DNA of 55,526 nucleotides from Nitrososphaeraceae archaeon (GCA_035297365.1 DATGZA010000077.1:1-55526), one strand, 5' to 3'. Shown: positions 40,737 to 52,370, numbered from the stretch's first letter. Notes: a model not told the origin generated them from the sequence alone. Numbers and translations are program-made.

Positions 40737-41972
40737 TCATATATCAATATTTTTTAAAGCCTTTTCTAGTTTTTCCCTATTAGCCTGTGTGGTGTATATT
40801 CTAATCATGTCTAGAAATCCAGTTATTGAATCTATTAACGGAATTTCAGATGTACGGGTTTCAAACTCTGAATCTTTATCTACTAACATTATTGAATTCA
40901 GTTCTTCTTTTGACGGTGTCAAAGGCATGGATGGCGCCCTGGAGATATCTATAAAGACGAAATCATTTTCAATTTTAACTGATTTTATTATTCTCTTAAA
41001 AACATCTTTTTGTCTTTTCGTTAATTTTATATTATTTGATGTACCTTTATTTTGAAGAAACTTCTCATAAACACATTTTAATAATCTTCTATTTTTATAA
41101 TCCTTAGCTAATTTTACAGCACGATCGTTATTTTTTAGAGAGAGTATGATATCAATCGTTTTATCATCAGTGTATTCAATATATTCATCCACAGATAAAT
41201 CAGAGAAATTTAGTTGTCTATCTGCGAGTGAAAGTGAATGAAGTAACATGACTTCTGCGGATCTAACCGTTTTATGAAAATAAACTGCTTTAAACATCTG
41301 AAATCTAGAAATTAGCATGGATTCGAGGGAATTTATGGCAGATTTATTTATTCCTAGATGACCATTAGATAAAACCTCAAATGAGCTTATTAACCTATAA
41401 TAATCAATTTTACCATATTCTACCCCAGTAAAAAAGCTGTCTCTAGGCAAGTAATCCATTATATCAGCAGAAAGTCCACCAGCTATTATCTCATTATAAA
41501 ACATGATCGGAGATTCTCCGAAAGATAGATTACATATAGAATCAGAATCATATCCATATTTTTCCAATATATCTTTGATTATTGTTTCTCTTATGATTTT
41601 TTTCCCCATATTTTCATGACTACTAGTCGAGATACCTTTACCGATTAAAACCTCTTCAAAGAGATGCGAAAATGGTCCATGACCAATATCATGAAGAAGT
41701 GCAGCTAAACGTAAACCTTCAAGTTGATCTTTTTTTTCTATGTATCCTTTGTCTAAAAGAGTTTGTCCTGCTAGTCCCGCTAAATGCATAGTTCCCAATG
41801 AGTGTTCAAATCTTGTGTGTTGTGCACTAGGATAAACCAAATGCGCACCAGCAAGCTGTCTAATTTTTCTCAGTCTTTGAAAAACAGGTGTATCGATAAT
41901 TTCTCTTTCTAACTTTGTAAATCGGATATATCTGTGAATGGGATCAGTTATTTCGCCTACAAAATTTAACAT
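40737..41972 (-). CDS. HD-domain dNTP triphosphohydrolase (SAMHD1-like)
   Basis: DPIHRYI, FQRLRKIRQL, HTRFEHSLG, LLHDIGHGPFSH, D.MDYL.RD, VYFHK. Confidence 0.92.
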   Translation of the reverse strand: MLNFVGEITDPIHRYIRFTKLEREIIDTPVFQRLRKIRQLAGAHLVYPSAQHTRFEHSLGTMHLAGLAGQTLLDKGYIEKKDQLEGLRLAALLHDIGHGPFSHLFEEVLIGKGISTSSHENMGKKIIRETIIKDILEKYGYDSDSICNLSFGESPIMFYNEIIAGGLSADIMDYLPRDSFFTGVEYGKIDYYRLISSFEVLSNGHLGINKSAINSLESMLISRFQMFKAVYFHKTVRSAEVMLLHSLSLADRQLNFSDLSVDEYIEYTDDKTIDIILSLKNNDRAVKLAKDYKNRRLLKCVYEKFLQNKGTSNNIKLTKRQKDVFKRIIKSVKIENDFVFIDISRAPSMPLTPSKEELNSIMLVDKDSEFETRTSEIPLIDSITGFLDMIRIYTTQANREKLEKALKNIDI

Positions 41973-42100
41973 AATTAAACATAATAAAAAAAATTATTAA
42001 TTGTTTTTATAATGCAAGATATGTACTATTAATTATTTTTTTAATTGCACATCACTCTGCAAATATAATCTGATTTTTGTTTTAATTGAAGATGGTAAGT

Positions 42101-42529
42101 CTATTGTTGTATTTTTTCTTTGAAAAGGTTTTTTCTCACTTTAATTGGAACTTCATAATATGAAGCTAATGCAATCGCGTCAGATGCACGATAATTTCTC
42201 AATATAAGATTGTCCTTTCTTCCTCGAAAATACAAATTCGCACGCAATACTGAACCACTTAAATAAATTCTAATCTCCATTAGTAAAAGATCCTGGAGTA
42301 CTGCTATTTCCTCCACGAGATTGTAAATTGTGGGAATAGTATTTTTATCACCTTGTCTAAATCTTAAGATATGTTTAGCAACTTCACCAGAAAAAGCATT
42401 AATTGGAAATTCGTCCCCGTCAAGTGATCTTAAAACTAAGAAACCTTCCAGTCCCATACTATCGGCATAACCTATATTCGTAATCTCTACATCAATAAAG
42501 TCATCATCTAAAGTTGGAAAATTATTCAT
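42101..42529 (-). CDS. Bifunctional nuclease (DUF151) family protein
   Basis: PTIYNL, RASDAIALA...VPIKV. Confidence 0.8.
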   Translation of the reverse strand: MNNFPTLDDDFIDVEITNIGYADSMGLEGFLVLRSLDGDEFPINAFSGEVAKHILRFRQGDKNTIPTIYNLVEEIAVLQDLLLMEIRIYLSGSVLRANLYFRGRKDNLILRNYRASDAIALASYYEVPIKVRKNLFKEKIQQ

Positions 42530-42658
42530 GTTACAATTTTTATATATATGAACTAAAAAATAAGTCTTATTTTAATTAATTCAATTAATCCAGTAGTAAT
42601 TGTTTATGTGAAAAAATTTAATTGCGGTTTCTTTTTATCTTATGATTAAATATAAACA

Positions 42659-43489
42659 ATGAAAATACAGAGATTAGTTAGTATACAGGGTTTAAGAGTT
42701 ATTCTTACCAGTGTCATCTCTATTGGTATTACTTTTTTTCTCTACTCAAAACTTACTAATCCAGATTTCAGTGACACTATTATCTTTACAGAGTCATTAT
42801 ATAATCTATCAGTAGCTGTAATATCTATTACTTTTATTTCATCATTGGGAATTTGTTTTGGATTATGGAAACTTTATACTAGTAATAATCGACATAAGGA
42901 AGATCTGGTATCATATATTTCATTACCATTTAAAAAAAATAAGAAATACATTTTGATAATGATCTTCATTGCAATCATATATGGTTTAATTTTTGCTTTT
43001 CTTTCACAGATATTTGTTTATAATTCCACTCAATTGCTACCCGAAACAGCAAGTAAATATCCATATATTAAGATCATTCCCTGTTGTAATACAATAGGTT
43101 ATGTTCCTATGACCTATGTTTATTTAACAACACATTTTTTTATTTTATTGATACCAATCAATATGTTATTAGCTTTAATTGTATCCATGTTAGTAGGATT
43201 TAATGCCTCCTTGAATATTTTTACCTTAAGAAAATTGAAAGAAGAAAAAAAATCACATTTATTAGGTAGTGTAGGTACAACTTGTGGTCTTTTTATTGGG
43301 TGTCCTACATGTGCAGGAAGTATCATAACAACAATATTGGGATTCTCTGCAGGTACTGCATCTGTATCTTTATTGGCTCCTTTCCAAACTTTATTTATAT
43401 TATTAAGCATTCCTGTGCTTCTAATTACTCCCTTTTTAATAGCCAGAAGTTTAAGAATGAATTTCGCTAAGTCTCCCAAAAAAATGTAA
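42659..43489 (+). CDS. Multi-TM membrane protein with CC and CPTC motifs
   Basis: About 6 TM helices; IIPCC loop; GCPTCAG. Confidence 0.8.
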   Translation: MKIQRLVSIQGLRVILTSVISIGITFFLYSKLTNPDFSDTIIFTESLYNLSVAVISITFISSLGICFGLWKLYTSNNRHKEDLVSYISLPFKKNKKYILIMIFIAIIYGLIFAFLSQIFVYNSTQLLPETASKYPYIKIIPCCNTIGYVPMTYVYLTTHFFILLIPINMLLALIVSMLVGFNASLNIFTLRKLKEEKKSHLLGSVGTTCGLFIGCPTCAGSIITTILGFSAGTASVSLLAPFQTLFILLSIPVLLITPFLIARSLRMNFAKSPKKM

Positions 43490-43663
43490 TAAAATGAATT
43501 GTAATTATGAAGATTGAGAATTATTTAAGCCATATTAAACGATGTTTAATAATCATTAAAACATATAACTTTTTTTTGAATTTTTATATTGAAAAAAGTA
43601 TTGAAAAAAGTATTATTATTTGATTGAATACTCGTTAAATAACATATTTCTTGTTAAAATATA

Positions 43664-43834
43664 TTGAACGATAAGGATGTAGAGAGAGTATTAAAATCAT
43701 TAATTGATGAAAGATCTCTAATTAAATTGTTGAAAATTTTAGAAAAAGAAGAATCGATTTATAAATGTAAGAAAATTAAAATCAGAGAAAATAGAAAGAC
43801 TTTCAAAAACAAATTTAATCAATTTTATAATTAG
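43664..43834 (+). CDS. Possible 56-aa ORF or wHTH N-terminal remnant
   Basis: TTG start; MNDKDVERVLKSLIDERSLIKLLKILE... Confidence 0.3.
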   Translation: MNDKDVERVLKSLIDERSLIKLLKILEKEESIYKCKKIKIRENRKTFKNKFNQFYN

Positions 43835-43933
43835 CAAACTATTAAAATGTCTGACTTGTCTAATTGATAGTAATATTATGGTGTTCATTATTTCTTTCTT
43901 AAATTATAAAAATTTTCCTGGGGTTAGAACAAA

Positions 43934-45118
43934 ATGAAATTAGATTTACCACGTTATACTGAAAGATTTGGTTCGATAAGTTTGCACGGTGTTCAGAGAG
44001 TATTTGAACTTGATTCAGGAATGGAAAAAGGAAAAAAAGTTTCTGAGCATATTGTTGCGATAGGAAATGAACAAATATCTGAAATTGAAAGTAAAATGGC
44101 GATTGTTATTCCCATAAGGAATGAGAGATTAAAGTTATTAGAAGGAGTTTTAAGCGGTATTCCGCACGATTGTATGACAATAATTTTATCTAATAGTCCA
44201 AGACAACCAGTAGACAGATACAAATTAGAAAAAGAATCTCTCGAACAATTCAATAGATTCGCAAATAAGAATGCATTGATTCTTCATCAGAGAGACGAAG
44301 GAGTTGCGGAGACATTAAGGGATGTAGGTTATACTGATTTGCTTGGGGATGATAATTTAGTGAGAAATGGGAAGGCAGAAGGCATGGTGTTAGGAATGTT
44401 ACTTGCAAAAATGGCTGAAAAAGATTATGTTGGTTTTATTGATGGTGATAATTATGTTCCAGGAGCTGTTAATGAATATGTGAAGATATTCTCTGCAGGG
44501 ATAGCAATGTCCAATACACCATACAAAATGATAAGAGTGTCTTGGATTTATAAACCAAAAATATCTGAAAGCGGAATTTATTTTTCAAAATGGGGAAGAG
44601 TATCAGAGATCACTAACTATTTTTTAAATTCACTTATTTCCTATTATACCGGATTTGAAACAGAAGTTGTCAGGACAGGAAATTCTGGTGAACATTGTAT
44701 TTCACTCAAGCTTGCAGAATTGATGAGTTTCTCGTCGGGGTTCTCTGTTGAGACTTATGAAATAGTGGATTTATTAGAGGAATTTGGAGGAATTTTACCT
44801 ACTGATTATCAAGATGCAATGGATAAAGGAGTAGAAGTTATGCAAGTCGAAACAAGAAATCCTCATTTTCATGAGGAGAAAGGAGACGCTCATTTGAAAG
44901 AGATGATCAATGGTTCTTTGGGATGTATTTATCATAGCAAGATCTGTCATCCTAAATTGCAGGAAAAAATAATTGAGGAATTGAGGAATAAATCCACAAT
45001 AGAAGAAGGAGGTGAACCACCTGTACTACAAAAAATAAAGCCCTTCAAAGACATTGATATTAAAACATTTGATGAAAAGTTACACGAAAAAGCAAATAGT
45101 CTAGTTCATTGGAATTGA
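43934..45118 (+). CDS. mpgS: Mannosyl-3-phosphoglycerate synthase (GT55)
   Basis: GVLSGIPHDC, RNGKAEGM, YVGFIDGDNY.PG, WGRVS, GNSGEH, TRNPHFHE. Confidence 0.93.
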   Translation: MKLDLPRYTERFGSISLHGVQRVFELDSGMEKGKKVSEHIVAIGNEQISEIESKMAIVIPIRNERLKLLEGVLSGIPHDCMTIILSNSPRQPVDRYKLEKESLEQFNRFANKNALILHQRDEGVAETLRDVGYTDLLGDDNLVRNGKAEGMVLGMLLAKMAEKDYVGFIDGDNYVPGAVNEYVKIFSAGIAMSNTPYKMIRVSWIYKPKISESGIYFSKWGRVSEITNYFLNSLISYYTGFETEVVRTGNSGEHCISLKLAELMSFSSGFSVETYEIVDLLEEFGGILPTDYQDAMDKGVEVMQVETRNPHFHEEKGDAHLKEMINGSLGCIYHSKICHPKLQEKIIEELRNKSTIEEGGEPPVLQKIKPFKDIDIKTFDEKLHEKANSLVHWN

Positions 45119-45575
45119 CAATGGTGACACTTCAATTTTTGAACATAAATACAAATAACGAGTAAAAGATGTTAAATTTCTATATTTCTTTAGTTTAAAA
45201 ACATAACAGACATAGGAATTACTGCTAATTAGATGAATAAGACAGGTAAAAATGATAATTTGGCTCTAATCATTATAGTTTGCATGATTTCTCGTAATTT
45301 TTAATATAAAAATTAAAATTGTTATATTATAAATTTAATATTCATTAATAGTACATGGATCGCAGTCAATTTAAGCGGCTATGACTATTCGCCTGACAGT
45401 TGGTGAGCTGAAGTTGGCTCTTCTCATATACTCCCATCTTATACAAAGAGTAGGGTGAAAATTAGGGCTTAATTTCATAAAACATTTTTATTTAACGATA
45501 TACTATTCCTATATAACATTACTAAATATTACAAAATTCAAATGCAAATGCTACTTTTAGACTTATATAGATAAC

Positions 45576-45713
45576 ATGAGTGTATTTTCATTCAGAACAA
45601 AAATTGGTAAAAACTTTAAAATTAAAATATTATCGTATATAATCTCTATCTTTTCACTTGCATTTATAGGATTTATATTGATCAGTGTTATCAGAGATCA
45701 CTTTGGCTTGTAA
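45576..45713 (+). CDS. Candidate 45-aa single-TM protein
   Basis: MSVFSFRTKIGKNFKIKILSYIISIFSLAFIGFILISVIRDHFGL*. Confidence 0.45.
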   Translation: MSVFSFRTKIGKNFKIKILSYIISIFSLAFIGFILISVIRDHFGL

Positions 45714-46610
45714 ACCGTAACTCTAACTTTTACCATTAAGACGCAATTCTACCATGACTCCATTTAAGTCAATATGCAGATAATATTTCCTGTTATAAAA
45801 AAAGATAAGCTAATTGAAGGCAAGTACATTTTACCATAAACACATTATTCAGACCCACCAACGCATCGAGCTCATGAACGAAGAAAATGAATAATTTATT
45901 TTATTCTTTATTAACTCAGGAATTACTGAAAATTATGATTCCTCCTTTTCCAAACATAAACATACAGATGATAATAGATTTATCCCAAAGATAAGTTCGA
46001 TTTTATATACATTAACATTTTCTTTAATATAGAGTAAATCTATACTACTTCTGTTTGGAAGCACATAATTAGTAAGAGAACGGGTTATGCAACAAGAACG
46101 CTATATCTTTTATAGCTTAAATTCAACATCCATGAAAATACATCAATCACAGATCATCCTTATGTTCCTGTCAAGCGTATATTCTATTATAATTCACAGT
46201 ATTAAAAATTGTCTAAAATAGCATATGCTAGTTTTCTATATTTTACTTATTTTTTGTTTTCTTTTACCTTATTTTTATTTGGGCTTGAAAGTGGCAAAAA
46301 TCCATTGACGTTCTTTATGAGAGGTAATGTTACAGTCGCTCAAATATCGGTTCAGTTAGATCCTCCATCTTATACGAAGTATATTAATTTTGAACTTCGC
46401 CTGAATACAATTGGAATTGTTACCAAGGATTTTCATGTATTCAAAGTCCTGCTCTATTATTAATTACGAAATTACTTATTCTTTATTCCTTAGTTTATTC
46501 TACCAACAAGAAGATAATGTCACATTTTTATGATTAATTTTTCTAGCTTCTGTATCTCAATATTTTTATGACCAACAAACTTATTTCGCTTTATTTTTAG
46601 TTTATTTTGT

Positions 46611-47255
46611 ATGAATGCCGGTGATGACAAAAATGAACACTTCGACAAGAACACGATTGACGATTCACAAAATGATCAACAAAAAATAAGGCAAACTAAA
46701 TTAAAACTCTTAAAAAGAATTATTGTTTTGGCAATTATCTTCACAGCGATATCTCTTACAATCCATTATTACTTAACGGCTATAGTATCCAAAGAATATC
46801 TTACGATATTACAATCTCTCGAAGTAGCGTTAATAGGTTATTTTGTTATAGAGGTAGTTAGTAATGCATTTCGTGATCTCACAATTGATTATTTAAAGGA
46901 TACATCTAATTCCATAAGAATTCTCATGAGAATTTTGGGTGCAGTAATAATAATCGCAATTATAATTACATATTTAAGTCACGATCCTATCATTGCGGCA
47001 TCGATAGGAACTATCTCTGCGTTAGTAGTAGGATTCGCTTCCCAGAATATATTAGGAAATATCATTGCAGGATTATATCTAGCAATAATTAGGCCATTTA
47101 AAATCGGAGAAGAAATTACTGCATTTAACAACACTGGTATAATTTTTGATATTGGATTGATTTCAACAAAATTAATGACTAATGATAATAAAACAGTCCT
47201 TATTCCCAACACTTCAATGCTTACCACAACTATCATCTTAAATAAAAAACCGTAA
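46611..47255 (+). CDS. Small-conductance mechanosensitive channel (short MscS family)
   Basis: VVGFASQNILGNIIAG, RPFKIGE, G...DIGL.ST, IPN; stops after the middle beta domain. Confidence 0.85.
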   Translation: MNAGDDKNEHFDKNTIDDSQNDQQKIRQTKLKLLKRIIVLAIIFTAISLTIHYYLTAIVSKEYLTILQSLEVALIGYFVIEVVSNAFRDLTIDYLKDTSNSIRILMRILGAVIIIAIIITYLSHDPIIAASIGTISALVVGFASQNILGNIIAGLYLAIIRPFKIGEEITAFNNTGIIFDIGLISTKLMTNDNKTVLIPNTSMLTTTIILNKKP

Positions 47256-48194
47256 AAACAAAATTTTAGACAAGGCCAAATAATTATTTTATATACTAAT
47301 GTGAACCTTTATACGTATACATAAGAATCAGAATATCTGGATTAAAAATAATACTTTAGCGTTTATGATTTTTAGGTAGGGACATGGTAGTAACGATTTT
47401 ATAGGTATACTTAAACTAAATTTTTACTCATATATTCTAGAATTTCTTAGCATAACTCTATAATCTTATAAGTATAAAAATTTCAAGAAATAAAGATCTA
47501 TCCAATAACCAAAAATCATAATATTATATTAATACGCAATGTGGAAAATATAGATAATATGTAACTCCACGATGTTGTATATATTTTTCTTTAAAGGAAT
47601 GTACAAACTTTTAGATTTTACATCTCAATTATTCAATAGACATATAAAATATTGAAGCAGGTATCCATATGTCCAGTACAAGAAATCTAGCCAGAAGAGG
47701 CTATAAAGGTAAAATTAATATCTTTTATTAATAATATGAATTGACGACGATAGTATAATATGAGAAAATTTAGAATCCTCAACACAAACAAAATCCAAGA
47801 AAGATTTTCTGTTTATATCAAAATTTGAAACCCTATCTATTTATTTCTCTGTGTCACATTTCATAGTTTTCTCCTAGGAAATACAACATATATTTTCAAA
47901 TAATATTGTTTTCACTTGACCGTAGAAAGTTGTTTCTCATAAAATACTAATTTAATTCCCTTAATCTGCACCTTAATCCACATTATCAATTGGAGAAGAC
48001 ATGCGACTTTATGTCTGATCCTATCCCGCTGTTGGATTAGATACGTGATATATTATTTAATATCAATTTTGCTAAATTAGAAAAAATTTATTTTAAAGGT
48101 ATTCTGACTTTCTTATATTTGTAAAATTTTTTATTGCTATATTTAATAATATGAATTCTCAAAAGAAAAGCGAGGCAGCTATTTTATGCTAGTT

Positions 48195-48878
48195 CTACTT
48201 CTTTGTTTTGAATCTACCTTCCATCACTATTTCTTCCAATGGTTTTCTATCAGTTGGATATTCATTTTTCTGAAGATTGGATGGAAGACTTTCTTTTTGA
48301 CCTCTTTTTCCAATTGCAATCATTGCCATAACATCAAAATTTTCTGGAACTTCTAAATCTACTTTTGCTTTATCGTAATCAAATCCTTGCATTGCATGAG
48401 TAGCTAAGCCACGTGATGTAGCTTCTAAAGCTAGATTTTCCCATGCAGAACCAGCATCAAATTGATAGGTCCTGGCAGGTTTTTCGTTATATTCAAAATC
48501 TTTTCTTGAAACGACAACGACTAACACAGAAGCATTTTTAGCCCAATTTTTATTTCCTCCTACCATTAAAGAATAAATCCTATCCCAGTTTTCGGTATTT
48601 CTCTTCGCGTAAATAAATCTCCATGGTTGATTATTGTATGAGGAAGGAGCCCATCGTGCAGCTTCAAATAGTCCCATAAGATCGTCGTGAGAAATTTCCT
48701 CTCCAGTCATTGATCGTGGAGACCATCTATTTACAAATATTGGATTTATATTGTATCGGAGGTTTCTTTTTTTTATTGATTCGAATTCTTGAGTCATGAA
48801 TTTTAAAGGGTTATCAAACCTAATAAGGATATTATCATTTTTGTTAATACCTGCATCTACACGATTATGCTTTTTCAC
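48195..48878 (-). CDS. Nitroreductase family protein
   Basis: RWSPR, AARWAPSSYNNQPWRF, FDAG.A, GL..HAM.GFD, RKPL. Confidence 0.92.
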   Translation of the reverse strand: MKKHNRVDAGINKNDNILIRFDNPLKFMTQEFESIKKRNLRYNINPIFVNRWSPRSMTGEEISHDDLMGLFEAARWAPSSYNNQPWRFIYAKRNTENWDRIYSLMVGGNKNWAKNASVLVVVVSRKDFEYNEKPARTYQFDAGSAWENLALEATSRGLATHAMQGFDYDKAKVDLEVPENFDVMAMIAIGKRGQKESLPSNLQKNEYPTDRKPLEEIVMEGRFKTKK

Positions 48879-49226
48879 ATTTAAACCTTAGATTAAGTTA
48901 TTTTAGCTATAAACCTCATTTAGATATAATGCTGTATTTTCAAGAAAAGGACAGAAAACCTTATGCATAGTATATCTATAAATAGAACAAAACGGATTAT
49001 TTTCTATAACAAAGATACAATTGAAATAGATTTTTCATCTATTTTTACAAAACCAAAATAAAAAATACAATTTCGTCCAAAATAACAGGCAAATTAATCT
49101 TGAATTTAATGGATCGCAAATGGACAGATTATTCAGATTAAAAAGTAATGTTAATAGAAACAATGAATTGAATTGACTAAAAATAAAAGAAAAACTATTT
49201 GGGATCGTTATACCTAACAATCAAAT

Positions 49227-49523
49227 ATGATTGAAGATATTTCAACTACAAAAGATGTAGTAACAGAAGAACAAGACAATAATTGCGATGTTTGTAATAA
49301 TGAAATTAAAACAGCAGAATATCTTACTGTAACTAGTACTAAAGCCAAAATGATCCCAGGTGACATTAAACAAGATATTGATAACGATGATGCAGGAAAA
49401 TGTTACAACGTATGTTTAGATTGTATAGAGAAAATTAAAGACTTGTTAACTTATAATTATGGATTTGATGGCAGATTAATTCAATTTTTTAAAGAATTGA
49501 TAGAAAGAAAAGATAAAAAATAA
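49227..49523 (+). CDS. Small acidic protein with two CxxC motifs
   Basis: CDVC ... CLDC; ATG start. Confidence 0.65.
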   Translation: MIEDISTTKDVVTEEQDNNCDVCNNEIKTAEYLTVTSTKAKMIPGDIKQDIDNDDAGKCYNVCLDCIEKIKDLLTYNYGFDGRLIQFFKELIERKDKK

Positions 49524-50156
49524 ATTTTTCTTGCACATTAATTCACGGTTTGAAAAACTATCAGGAAAATTCTCTATCTAAATCTTGTTTTGCAATGATT
49601 CCATTATTATGAAATCATTTTATTTATTTCGTTAATTTTTACCTGATTTTTGTAAAAGTATTCGTCTTCATAGTCTTTTACATAATCATCTTTATAATAA
49701 TAATAAGTACCGTCCACAACCTCAGCTATTATTTTTTGCTCTAAAAATAAAGAGATACTCAGGAAGACAATAATACAATGATCACAATAATTGTCATTGT
49801 AAATATTAACAAGTTTTTTTATAACTAAATTCACTTATAATAAAAGATATAGATTGTTATAAATGACTTGCAATATTAATTTATTTTAAAATAGTTGGAA
49901 AAAACTGGATTTCTAAGCCAATTCTTTCTTAAGGATAAAATTGACATTTTTTAATGAATTATAAAATTTCAGATATATTGCGTATTAGTATGATTGTAAC
50001 GATAAAAAACACATCTAGAAATATTAAAAACTAGATAATACTTTACTATAATATCATTTATTTTAGATAATAATTTAATATATTTTGTTTCTTTTTATGT
50101 TTAAAATATAATGTTCTAATATTTAATACAAGAAAAGAGTAAATTGTATTTAAATA

Positions 50157-50414
50157 CTATAACCTTGTAGGAATTCGCAATAGATCGCCAATCTCGTTAT
50201 GCATCTTTAGAAAATTCAATCCCTTTTCTGTTGTCTTGTATGTCTGTGTTCCATCAATATAGTCTAAAAGCTTATTTTCAATCAGAACCGAAAGGTATTC
50301 TTTTAGTTGTGCATAACTTAAAAAAGCTTTATACATAATTTTTGTCTTGGTTGTTCCTCCGTTAGCTGCATCGAGAATCATTCCCACTATTTCTGTTCTA
50401 CTTCTGTATTTCAT
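50157..50414 (-). CDS. Winged-helix DNA-binding protein (archaeal HTH_45-like)
   Basis: MKYRSRTEIV..IL, TKTKIMYKAFLSY.QLKEYL, YKTTEKG. Confidence 0.88.
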   Translation of the reverse strand: MKYRSRTEIVGMILDAANGGTTKTKIMYKAFLSYAQLKEYLSVLIENKLLDYIDGTQTYKTTEKGLNFLKMHNEIGDLLRIPTRL

Positions 50415-50666
50415 ATTTGATAGAAAGATCTTTTAGTTATTTAATTTTTCTATTAAAAATTTCATAAAATAATACTGAAGATTTGTTTCTCTCATTTAAT
50501 AGACAAAGATTACTGTTAAATTCTTCCTTTACTATTGATTTTGTATTAACAATTTCCTTATTTCTTCAAAAGTGATATATAATAATTTAGTAAGATATTA
50601 AAAAATTTAAGGGATCCTTGACTTTAAGTTATTATTGAGTTGTGATTATATGCAGGGTATAATCAA

Positions 50667-51659
50667 ATGGTTAAAATCAGCATTCAAGCATCGCATGAAC
50701 AAAACAGTCCTTCAGATTTACTAGGTCATGTAACGTATATGGATAACAAAGGTATACAAAGATGTTGGACAAGTGACCATTATATGCCATGGTGGCACAG
50801 CAGTGCTTCAGGGGGTGCTGCATGGCCATGGATTGGGGCAGCATTAGCCAAAACTCGCAATATCGCTATAGGGACAGGAGTGACTGCACCTATCCTAAGA
50901 TATCATCCTGCAATTGTTGCACAGGTATTTTCAACGTTAAGTTCCATGTTTCCAAATAGAGTATTTTTGGGTTTGGGAAAAGGAGAAGCCTTAAATGAAA
51001 TCACATCAGGTAATCCGTGGCCATCCAATCAGGAGAGACATAAACGATTGAAGGAAGCCATAAAACTTATCAAAAAATTATGGAAAGAAGACTGGGTGAC
51101 ATTTGATGGTGAATATTATTGGGTAAAAGACTCTAATCTGTATACAAAGCCCAAAGGAGATATCCCCATATATATTGCAGGCAACGGCCCTCGATCGGCC
51201 CAACTTGCAGGAGAAGAAGGTGATGGGTTTATAACTACTTCAGCGGATCCTGAAATTCTAAAAAGTCATTTAATTCCTGCAATAGAAAAAGGATTAAAAA
51301 AATCTGGGAAAGATTATGACAAATTTAGTAGGATATTGTTTATGCATACTTCTTATGATGAAGATAGAAATAAAGCGCTAGAGTCTCTGCGATTTTGGAG
51401 AGGTGTTCTTATCAAAGCATTTTTCGAGTTAGATATTCATGATCCTAGAAAAATCGAGGAAAACTGTCGAATAATTCAAGACGACAGCCTAGAAAAGAAT
51501 TTTTTTGTGATATCTGATGCAGAAGAGGCAATCAAAAAAATAAAACAATACAAGGATCTTGGATTTACGGAAATAGTTCTAACTAATTCAAGTCCATCTA
51601 GATATAAATTGATAGATTTATTATCAGACAAGGTAATTCCTGCAGTGAATTTACAATAA
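50667..51659 (+). CDS. LLM-class F420-dependent oxidoreductase (G6PDH-like family)
   Basis: ASHEQ, SDHYMPW, GTGVTAP..RYHPA.VAQ, GLG.GEALNE. Confidence 0.88.
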   Translation: MVKISIQASHEQNSPSDLLGHVTYMDNKGIQRCWTSDHYMPWWHSSASGGAAWPWIGAALAKTRNIAIGTGVTAPILRYHPAIVAQVFSTLSSMFPNRVFLGLGKGEALNEITSGNPWPSNQERHKRLKEAIKLIKKLWKEDWVTFDGEYYWVKDSNLYTKPKGDIPIYIAGNGPRSAQLAGEEGDGFITTSADPEILKSHLIPAIEKGLKKSGKDYDKFSRILFMHTSYDEDRNKALESLRFWRGVLIKAFFELDIHDPRKIEENCRIIQDDSLEKNFFVISDAEEAIKKIKQYKDLGFTEIVLTNSSPSRYKLIDLLSDKVIPAVNLQ

Positions 51660-52370
51660 AACCACTGGTATAATTATATTCAATTGATCCTTGTCTGTTA
51701 AATTGTATTTCATATAATAACGATAACTGTACTTTCTAAAGTAAAATTAATTAATCATGACTGCAGCATGATGATCTATCCTATAAGAATGATTGCTCAT
51801 TTTAGTAAATGAATATTTGCATACTTTAAAGTACAATGCTTTACAAGAGATTGCTAGACAAAATTTTGAATTATATCAAAAACTATTAGGATGTTTTTCA
51901 CCTTTTATAATTTTGTTTAAGTAAAATCCCTACATTTAGTCTCAAATGTAATACACGTGAGTCATGCAATTACTTTCTCCATTGTCTATTATCTATTGCG
52001 AGTAGTGATAGTATTTGAGAATAATTTCTATAGTAGAGCTTAAGTAACTGATTTTTTGTTATAAAATTATGCTGAGAAAGATATCAATTTAACTCAATGT
52101 GGATTTAATAGTATTATTTACATTGTAGACTTTTGTTTGTAGGATATGTGATTTGTTAGCTTCAATTCATTATCACTGTAGAGACAGATTATATGCGAGT
52201 TGTAAATATTATAGTCTAATCATTGTGCATAATCCAATATTTCTCTATCACATTGGAGGACGAGATCATAATAATTTGTAACTAGTAATTTATAGTAGTA
52301 ATTAAGGAATCTATGAACAGATATGTTTTTCTCTTACAATACCCTAAAGATATGAAAGACAAGGTGAATT

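Noticed and set aside
43587-43614. TATTGAAAAAAG tandem duplication
   Set aside because: Only about 2.3 copies of low-complexity sequence; probably slippage
46209-46463. 84-aa ORF
   Set aside because: TTG start, composition driven by T-rich DNA, no recognisable family
49607-49834. 75-aa Tyr/Asp-rich ORF
   Set aside because: May be a frameshifted signal-peptide remnant, but support is too weak to call
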